Origin: Escherichia coli
Lineage (GTDB): Bacteria; Pseudomonadota; Gammaproteobacteria; Enterobacterales; Enterobacteriaceae
Direction: 5' to 3' (one strand)
Assembly (NCBI RefSeq): GCF_003334255.1
Contig: NZ_QOWU01000089.1
DNA: 9,306 nt
Numbering within the stretch: the first letter of the stretch is position 1; each line of letters opens with the position of its first letter. The notes beneath the pieces are model-generated. The model did not search any database. It was not told the DNA's origin and worked only from the letters and a program-made list of their open reading frames with translations. The position numbers and the translations under genes are program-made. Positions 1-9,306 of the stretch are shown here, piece after piece.

Positions 1-74
1 TGATGGAAATGGAAGCCACGCAAGCACCTTAAAATCACCATCATACACTAAATCAGTAAGTTGGCAGCATTACC
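1..74 (-). mobile_element. IS1-family insertion sequence, terminal fragment (element body continues off the left edge of the window); terminal inverted repeat at 52-74; InsA start codon at complement 17-19
   Basis: Positions 52-74 (atcagtaagttggcagcattacc) are the reverse complement of the IS1 terminal inverted repeat GGT(G/A)ATGCTGCCAACTTACTGAT as I recall it (one mismatch to the left repeat). The minus strand of 1-51 continues as IS1-like internal sequence, with GTG GCT TCC ATT TCC ATC (M-A-S-I-S-I, an InsA-like N-terminus) starting at complement 19. Recognition is from memory, not a search. Confidence 0.8.
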
Positions 75-220
75 GAAATCCCCATCCTTTAGGGCAGTGA
101 GGATGTCAATAATAGCAGACCACATCATGAGTCATTCTGACCGACACATGCCAGAAGCAGAGGCTCCATCCCATTTTATACCTACCTTATAACACTTAGA
201 AAAACAACATGTTAAAAATG

Positions 221-275
221 TCTATTGGAAACAATTTTATTTCCAATTGTAATGATAACCATTCTCATATTAATA
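221..275 (+). promoter_or_regulatory. fecI promoter region with overlapping Fur box (Fur box core about 248-266)
   Basis: TTGGAA (225-230), a 17-bp spacer, then TGTAAT (248-253) resembles a sigma70 -35/-10 pair. TGTAATGATAACCATTCTC (248-266) matches the 19-bp Fur consensus GATAATGATAATCATTATC at about 15 of 19 positions and overlaps the -10. This is consistent with the established Fur/iron repression of fecIR. Exact promoter elements are inferred, not mapped. Confidence 0.6.
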
Positions 276-310
276 TGACTACGTGATAATTAACTTTTGA
301 TGCACTCCGC

Positions 311-828
311 ATGTCTGACCGCGCCACTACCACAGCTTCCTTAACGTTCGAGTCGCTTTATGGCACACATCACGGCTGGTTGAAAAGCTGGCTGACGCGC
401 AAACTCCAGTCTGCTTTTGATGCAGATGACATTGCCCAGGACACTTTTTTGCGGGTAATGGTCAGCGAAACGCTCTCGACGATCCGCGATCCTCGCTCCT
501 TCCTCTGCACTATCGCCAAACGCGTGATGGTGGACCTGTTTCGCCGAAACGCGCTGGAAAAAGCGTATCTGGAGATGCTGGCGCTTATGCCGGAGGGGGG
601 AGCTCCTTCACCTGAGGAACGCGAAAGCCAACTCGAGACCCTACAACTCCTCGACAGCATGCTGGACGGGCTAAACGGCAAAACACGTGAAGCGTTTCTG
701 CTTTCGCAACTGGATGGTCTGACATACAGCGAGATTGCGCACAAACTCGGTGTTTCCATCAGCTCCGTGAAAAAATACGTGGCGAAAGCCGTCGAGCACT
801 GCCTGCTGTTCCGTCTGGAGTATGGGTT

Positions 829-832
<4 letters not shown>
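311..832 (+). CDS. fecI: ECF (extracytoplasmic-function) RNA polymerase sigma factor FecI (sigma-19), 173 aa
   Basis: ORF of 173 aa beginning [28 protein letters not shown], with a C-terminal helix-turn-helix-like segment ([24 protein letters not shown]) typical of sigma region 4. Length and sequence agree with FecI as I recall it. The stop overlaps the fecR start (ATGA at 829-832). Confidence 0.97.
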
Positions 833-4193
<3,361 letters not shown>

Positions 4194-4202
4194 TGTGTTA
4201 AC

Positions 4203-4222
4203 GCCCGGCTTGCCGGGCTTTT
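4203..4222 (+). terminator. Intra-operon stem-loop plus T-tract between fecA and fecB (attenuator-like, rho-independent terminator structure)
   Basis: GCCCGG-CTTG-CCGGGC forms a 6-bp all-GC stem with a tetraloop (4203-4218), followed directly by TTTT (4219-4222), 10 nt after the fecA stop and about 16 nt before the fecB start. It probably gives partial termination that sets the fecA to fecBCDE ratio. Confidence 0.6.
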
Positions 4223-4237
4223 AGCTGGAATGTGATT

Positions 4238-5140
4238 ATGTTGGCATTTATCCGTTTTCTTTTTGCAGGCCTGCTGCTGGTGATCAGCCACGCCTTTGCC
4301 GCCATGGTTCAGGACGAACACGGCACGTTTACACTCGAAAAAACGCCACAACGGATTGTGGTGCTGGAACTCTCGTTCGCCGATGCGCTGGCCGCCGTGG
4401 ACGTCAGCCCGATCGGTATTGCCGACGATAACGATGCAAAACGCATCCTGCCCGAAGTGCGTGCGCACCTGAAACCGTGGCAGTCCGTCGGAACGCGCGC
4501 GCAGCCGAGCCTGGAAGCCATTGCCGCTCTGAAACCAGACCTGATCATTGCCGACAGCAGTCGCCATGCGGGGGTTTACATCGCCTTGCAGCAAATCGCG
4601 CCGGTACTGCTGCTTAAGTCCCGCAACGAAACCTACGCTGAAAATTTGCAATCTGCGGCTATCATCGGCGAAATGGTGGGTAAAAAGCGAGAGATGCAGG
4701 CACGTCTGGAACAACATAAAGAGAGGATGGCGCAGTGGGCCAGCCAGCTTCCCAAAGGGACACGCGTGGCCTTTGGCACATCACGCGAACAGCAATTCAA
4801 CCTGCATACTCAGGAGACCTGGACCGGCAGCGTGCTGGCCTCTCTGGGGCTGAACGTTCCCGCTGCGATGGCGGGTGCGTCCATGCCGTCCATCGGCCTG
4901 GAGCAACTGCTGGCGGTCAATCCTGCCTGGCTGCTGGTTGCCCACTATCGCGAAGAGAGCATTGTTAAACGCTGGCAACAAGATCCGCTCTGGCAGATGT
5001 TAACCGCCGCGCAGAAGCAGCAGGTTGCTTCGGTCGACAGTAACACCTGGGCGCGGATGCGCGGTATTTTTGCTGCAGAGCGTATTGCCGCTGACACGGT
5101 AAAAATCTTCCACCATCAGCCGCTTACCGTTGTGAAATGA
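4238..5140 (+). CDS. fecB: Periplasmic ferric citrate-binding protein FecB (ABC transporter substrate-binding protein), 300 aa from ATG 4238
   Basis: ORF with an N-terminal signal peptide (MLAFIRFLFAGLLLVISHAFA) and a body typical of class III periplasmic siderophore/citrate binding proteins. The ORF track starts at GTG 4232, but ATG 4238 has better spacing to a GGA(A) Shine-Dalgarno-like element at 4227-4230 and gives the 300-aa product. The stop overlaps the fecC start. Confidence 0.93.
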   Translation: MLAFIRFLFAGLLLVISHAFAAMVQDEHGTFTLEKTPQRIVVLELSFADALAAVDVSPIGIADDNDAKRILPEVRAHLKPWQSVGTRAQPSLEAIAALKPDLIIADSSRHAGVYIALQQIAPVLLLKSRNETYAENLQSAAIIGEMVGKKREMQARLEQHKERMAQWASQLPKGTRVAFGTSREQQFNLHTQETWTGSVLASLGLNVPAAMAGASMPSIGLEQLLAVNPAWLLVAHYREESIVKRWQQDPLWQMLTAAQKQQVASVDSNTWARMRGIFAAERIAADTVKIFHHQPLTVVK

Positions 5141-6135
5141 CCGCGATAAAACACCCGGTGCTGCTGTGGGGGCTTCCCGTTGCAGCACTTATTATTATTT
5201 TCTGGCTGAGTCTGTTTTGCTACTCGGCCATTCCTGTTTCCGGAGCAGATGCAACCCGCGCCCTGCTGCCTGGACACACGCCAACGCTACCAGAAGCGCT
5301 GGTGCAAAACCTTCGTTTGCCACGAAGCCTGGTCGCCGTTCTGATCGGCGCAAGCCTGGCGCTCGCGGGCACGCTGCTGCAAACCCTGACCCACAACCCA
5401 ATGGCCTCTCCTTCACTGCTCGGCATTAACAGCGGCGCGGCACTGGCTATGGCGCTTACCAGCGCGCTGAGTCCGACGCCGATTGCAGGCTATTCTCTGT
5501 CGTTCATCGCGGCATGCGGGGGCGGCGTGAGCTGGCTGCTGGTCATGACCGCAGGAGGCGGATTTCGTCATACCCATGACAGAAACAAACTGATCCTCGC
5601 GGGTATCGCGCTGTCGGCCTTTTGTATGGGCCTTACCCGCATCACCCTGCTGCTGGCCGAAGATCATGCTTACGGCATCTTTTACTGGCTGGCAGGCGGA
5701 GTGTCCCACGCCCGCTGGCAGGATGTCTGGCAGCTCTTGCCGGTGGTGGTCACTGCAGTCCCTGTCGTGTTGCTGCTGGCGAATCAACTGAACCTGCTCA
5801 ACCTCAGCGACAGCACCGCCCATACGCTGGGAGTGAACCTGACGAGGCTACGTTTGGTCATCAATATGTTAGTGCTGCTTCTGGTTGGTGCGTGCGTCAG
5901 CGTGGCAGGTCCGGTGGCGTTTATCGGTCTGCTGGTGCCACATCTGGCGCGCTTCTGGGCAGGCTTCGATCAGCGCAACGTACTGCCAGTGAGCATGCTG
6001 CTGGGGGCCACGCTGATGCTGCTGGCAGATGTACTCGCACGCGCGCTGGCCTTCCCCGGAGATCTGCCCGCAGGCGCAGTGCTGGCGCTGATTGGCAGCC
6101 CTTGCTTTGTCTGGCTTGTGAGGAGGCGAGGATGA
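5137..6135 (+). CDS. fecC: Ferric citrate ABC transporter permease FecC (FecCD/BtuC family), 332 aa
   Basis: ORF of 332 aa, highly hydrophobic with multiple predicted transmembrane helices and the FecCD-family signature region (GxxLAxxGxLLQ...NPxAxPxLLG). ATGA overlap with the fecB stop at 5137-5140 and with the fecD start at 6132-6135. Confidence 0.97.
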   Translation: MTAIKHPVLLWGLPVAALIIIFWLSLFCYSAIPVSGADATRALLPGHTPTLPEALVQNLRLPRSLVAVLIGASLALAGTLLQTLTHNPMASPSLLGINSGAALAMALTSALSPTPIAGYSLSFIAACGGGVSWLLVMTAGGGFRHTHDRNKLILAGIALSAFCMGLTRITLLLAEDHAYGIFYWLAGGVSHARWQDVWQLLPVVVTAVPVVLLLANQLNLLNLSDSTAHTLGVNLTRLRLVINMLVLLLVGACVSVAGPVAFIGLLVPHLARFWAGFDQRNVLPVSMLLGATLMLLADVLARALAFPGDLPAGAVLALIGSPCFVWLVRRRG

Positions 6136-7088
6136 AAATTGCGCTGGTTATTTTCATCACCCTTGCCCTGGCGGGCTGTGCGCTGTTATCACTCCATATG
6201 GGAGTGATCCCCGTGCCGTGGCGCGCGCTGCTGACCGACTGGCAGGCCGGACGCGAGCATTATTATGTATTGATGGAGTACCGACTGCCGCGCTTGCTGC
6301 TGGCACTGTTTGTCGGTGCAGCCCTCGCCGTGGCGGGCGTGCTGATACAGGGGATTGTGCGCAACCCTCTGGCATCACCGGATATTCTCGGCGTTAACCA
6401 TGCCGCCAGCCTGGCCTCTGTGGGGGCTCTACTTCTTATGCCGTCACTGCCCGTGATGGTGCTGCCGCTGCTGGCCTTTGCGGGCGGCATGGCGGGGTTG
6501 ATATTACTGAAGATGCTGGCAAAGACCCACCAGCCGATGAAGCTGGCGCTCACCGGCGTGGCGCTTTCTGCATGCTGGGCCAGCCTGACGGATTATCTGA
6601 TGCTCTCGCGCCCACAGGATGTGAACAACGCCCTGCTGTGGCTGACCGGCAGCTTATGGGGCCGTGACTGGAGCTTTGTGAAGATTGCCATCCCGCTGAT
6701 GATTTTATTTCTGCCGCTGAGCCTGAGTTTTTGCCGCGATCTCGACCTCCTTGCACTCGGCGATGCGCGCGCCACCACGCTCGGTGTGTCGGTGCCCCAT
6801 ACCCGATTCTGGGCTTTGTTACTAGCTGTCGCCATGACATCTACCGGCGTGGCCGCCTGCGGCCCGATTAGCTTTATTGGTCTCGTGGTGCCGCATATGA
6901 TGCGTAGCATCACCGGTGGACGTCACCGCAGACTGCTGCCTGTTTCAGCCCTGACAGGTGCGTTGCTGTTGGTGGTTGCCGATCTGCTGGCGAGAATTAT
7001 TCATCCCCCACTGGAGCTCCCGGTTGGCGTGCTGACCGCCATTATCGGTGCGCCGTGGTTTGTCTGGTTGCTTGTGAGAATGCGATAA
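6132..7088 (+). CDS. fecD: Ferric citrate ABC transporter permease FecD (FecCD/BtuC family), 318 aa
   Basis: True start is ATG 6132 (MKIALVIFITLALAGCALL...), preceded by GAGGAGG (6121-6127). The 488-aa ORF in the track (5622-7088) is the same frame read through upstream across fecC, out of frame with fecC. Paralogous to FecC (conserved ...RNPLASPDILG... motif). Confidence 0.96.
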   Translation: MKIALVIFITLALAGCALLSLHMGVIPVPWRALLTDWQAGREHYYVLMEYRLPRLLLALFVGAALAVAGVLIQGIVRNPLASPDILGVNHAASLASVGALLLMPSLPVMVLPLLAFAGGMAGLILLKMLAKTHQPMKLALTGVALSACWASLTDYLMLSRPQDVNNALLWLTGSLWGRDWSFVKIAIPLMILFLPLSLSFCRDLDLLALGDARATTLGVSVPHTRFWALLLAVAMTSTGVAACGPISFIGLVVPHMMRSITGGRHRRLLPVSALTGALLLVVADLLARIIHPPLELPVGVLTAIIGAPWFVWLLVRMR

Positions 7089-7856
7089 ATGACTTTACGA
7101 ACTGAAAATCTGACGGTCAGTTACGGGACAGACAAGGTACTTAACGACGTTTCACTCTCACTGCCAACGGGGAAGATCACCGCCCTGATCGGTCCTAACG
7201 GTTGCGGGAAATCGACGCTGTTAAACTGTTTTTCGCGGCTTTTAATGCCGCAGTCTGGCACCGTATTTCTCGGCGATAATCCCATAAATATGCTCTCATC
7301 GCGCCAGTTGGCCCGCAGGCTTTCGCTGCTGCCTCAGCACCATTTAACGCCAGAGGGGATCACAGTCCAGGAGCTGGTTTCGTATGGTCGTAATCCCTGG
7401 CTGTCACTCTGGGGGCGTCTCTCCGCTGAAGACAATGCACGAGTTAATGTCGCCATGAACCAGACCCGGATCAATCATCTTGCCGTTCGTCGGTTAACCG
7501 AGCTTTCCGGCGGTCAGCGCCAGCGCGCATTTCTGGCGATGGTCCTGGCCCAGAATACGCCCGTTGTATTACTTGATGAGCCAACCACCTATCTTGATAT
7601 CAATCACCAGGTGGACCTGATGCGGTTGATGGGCGAACTCCGGACTCAGGGGAAAACGGTGGTCGCTGTGCTGCACGACCTTAATCAGGCTAGCCGGTAC
7701 TGCGATCAACTGGTGGTAATGGCAAACGGACATATTATGGCGCAAGGCACACCAGAAGAGGTGATGACCCCAGGATTGCTGAGAACAGTATTCAGCGTGG
7801 AAGCGGAAATACACCCCGAGCCGGTATCTGGCAGGCCGATGTGCCTAATGAGGTAG
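7089..7856 (+). CDS. fecE: Ferric citrate ABC transporter ATP-binding protein FecE, 255 aa
   Basis: Walker A GPNGCGKST, ABC signature LSGGQRQR, Walker B VVLLDEPT and H-loop VLHDLN are all present. The start ATG immediately follows the fecD TAA (TAAATG at 7086-7091). Confidence 0.97.
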   Translation: MTLRTENLTVSYGTDKVLNDVSLSLPTGKITALIGPNGCGKSTLLNCFSRLLMPQSGTVFLGDNPINMLSSRQLARRLSLLPQHHLTPEGITVQELVSYGRNPWLSLWGRLSAEDNARVNVAMNQTRINHLAVRRLTELSGGQRQRAFLAMVLAQNTPVVLLDEPTTYLDINHQVDLMRLMGELRTQGKTVVAVLHDLNQASRYCDQLVVMANGHIMAQGTPEEVMTPGLLRTVFSVEAEIHPEPVSGRPMCLMR

Positions 7857-7918
7857 ATTGCACAGGCCGTAAGAACCAAACCACGACTGAATGAAACTGG
7901 ACTGGCGCCAGCAAGCCT

Positions 7919-7943
7919 GTTCAGACTGGGGCTGAACTTTTCC
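7919..7943 (+). terminator. Weak candidate rho-independent terminator downstream of fecE
   Basis: GTTCAG (7919-7924), loop ACTGGGG, CTGAAC (7932-7937), then TTTTCC (7938-7943), about 60 nt after the fecE stop. The stem is short and not GC-rich, so this is tentative. Confidence 0.3.
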
Positions 7944-8194
7944 GGACTCTGAAAGATTACCAATACTCATCGTCCATCCGCTTGCTTTAGGCTGACAGGT
8001 TCATAATCAACGCAAACCAGAGCTGTACAGGCTTGGGCGCGGCTTTCAAACCAGTCGTGATCACGGCAATCAATTTTGAACTCTGCTTAACGGACATTTC
8101 TGTATAACCCTTACGGCAACGAAAAACGCGAAGTTAAAATTTTAGAAACCCAAAAACGTGACATGACTAAGTTTAGATTTCAGGGGGGGAGATC

Positions 8195-8220
8195 AAAAAA
8201 TTTCGCTCTGTGCCAGAGCG
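8195..8220 (-). terminator. Candidate minus-strand hairpin with trailing T-run
   Basis: CGCTCTG-TGC-CAGAGCG is a perfect 7-bp inverted repeat (8204-8220). Read on the minus strand it is followed by AAA then TTTTTT (complement of 8195-8203). It could terminate a minus-strand transcript entering from the right. Unverified. Confidence 0.25.
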
Positions 8221-8413
8221 GACATTCACGGAGCTGGTTCATTACCAATGAGGTTGGGCTTTTGAGGATAAATCAATGATCAGACGCCAACGTAAATCAA
8301 AAGCAACCCTGGAACGGAATTGCTAATCCAGTTTCTGACCATCGATTTTTCTAAAAAGTGTGCGTTTGCTACTACTTAGGTAGGTGCAGCTTTCTTAATC
8401 ACCGGCAGCCACG

Positions 8414-8745
8414 TTATACAGGCCAGTTGATGGATCGATTGTTATCAATGATATCTTTATGAGTCGGTGTCTCACCCAGCTTACCGAAGCTGGCATAAAG
8501 TGAAGGCAGACGGGCCCGTCCTTCTCCCTTTTTCGCCAGAGGGAAAGCGCGAAGCATGGTGGCAGCCTCCCAGTCACAACAATAGGATGGTGTGCACGGC
8601 TGCTGACGCCATGATTCAGCGATAGAGCCGGAAAATACGGGGTCAAAGCCGGTATCATTAACCAGAGTCATCGTGACCTGTACTGCGGCTGGATGATCTC
8701 CTGCTACTGCAACTGCTAGGCGACCGCGGCTCCCTTCAGGTAGTC
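8414..8745 (-). pseudogene. N-terminally truncated ORF of unknown function abutting the IS3-family element end (about 110 codons of native sequence; frame stays open into the IS terminal repeat)
   Basis: Minus-strand frame ...LPEGSRGRLAVAVAGDHPAAVQVTMTLVNDTGFDPVFSGSIAESWRQQPCTPSYCCDWEAATMLRAFPLAKKGEGRARLPSLYASFGKLGETPTHKDIIDNNRSINWPV-stop (stop at complement 8414-8416). The track ORF 8414-8827 begins with a Met inside the IS end, so the native 5' part appears to have been replaced by the insertion. I do not recognise a family. Confidence 0.35.
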
Positions 8746-9232
<487 letters not shown>

Positions 9233-9239
9233 TAGAGTA

Positions 9240-9275
9240 AGAGGCAGGGCGTAGTCGGACTATTTCCCTGCCTCT
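9240..9275. repeat. Perfect 10-bp inverted repeat (AGAGGCAGGG ... CCCTGCCTCT) with a 16-nt spacer, just beyond the point where IS3-family homology ends
   Basis: Read directly: 9240-9249 AGAGGCAGGG and 9266-9275 CCCTGCCTCT are exact reverse complements, separated by CGTAGTCGGACTATTT. Confidence 0.7.
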
Positions 9276-9306
9276 CCTCCCCGAACCGGACGTGCACCTT
9301 TCAGCG

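Noticed and set aside
370-759. 129-aa minus-strand ORF antisense to fecI
   Set aside because: Lies entirely inside fecI on the opposite strand, with Ser/Arg-rich composition and no ribosome-binding site or promoter. An antisense artefact of GC-rich coding DNA.
5921-6913. Minus-strand ORFs antisense to fecC and fecD (5921-6160, 6157-6378, 6263-6553, 6550-6840, 6593-6913)
   Set aside because: Antisense to membrane-permease genes; the translations are Arg/Pro/Ala-rich with no recognisable domains.
5622-7088. 488-aa plus-strand ORF in the track
   Set aside because: It is the fecD frame read through upstream into fecC, out of frame with fecC. The upstream 170 residues are Arg/Ala/Gly-rich low-complexity sequence typical of off-frame GC-rich DNA. 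The real fecD start is ATG 6132, with GAGGAGG upstream and an ATGA overlap with the fecC stop.
7569-7963. Minus-strand ORFs 7569-7814 and 7706-7963 overlapping the 3' end of fecE
   Set aside because: Mostly antisense to fecE with no supporting signals. Only the last 100 bp or so of 7706-7963 is outside fecE.
8276-8326. 16-codon plus-strand mini-ORF (MIRRQRKSKATLERNC) with GAGG upstream
   Set aside because: Too short to support as a gene from sequence alone. Mentioned only as part of the spacer finding.
8395-8658. 87-aa minus-strand ORF in an alternate frame to the truncated ORF
   Set aside because: Overlaps the more plausible 8414-8745 frame; Pro/Leu/Ser-rich with no motif. Considered a shadow frame.

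Overview
This window is the ferric-citrate (Fec) iron uptake locus, recognised from memory of the Escherichia coli K-12 region and not from any database search. It holds seven intact plus-strand genes: fecI (ECF sigma factor), fecR (anti-sigma/signal transducer), fecA (TonB-dependent outer-membrane transporter with N-terminal signalling domain), fecB (periplasmic binding protein), fecC and fecD (permeases) and fecE (ATPase). The locus is bracketed by insertion sequences: the left 74 bp are the end of an IS1-family element, and the right end (8746-9232) is a decayed IS3-family (IS911-like) transposase remnant. Regulatory signals are visible at the expected places: a Fur box over the fecI promoter, a FecI-type promoter before fecA and a GC hairpin plus T-run between fecA and fecB. 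I do not see a novel multi-gene system; the core is a well-described one. The parts not explained by known annotation are the roughly 0.9 kb between fecE and the IS remnant (an N-terminally truncated ORF of unknown function and an ORF-poor AT-richer spacer) and an abrupt homology breakpoint with a 10-bp perfect inverted repeat at the right edge. All antisense ORFs inside the fec genes are judged to be GC-driven artefacts.
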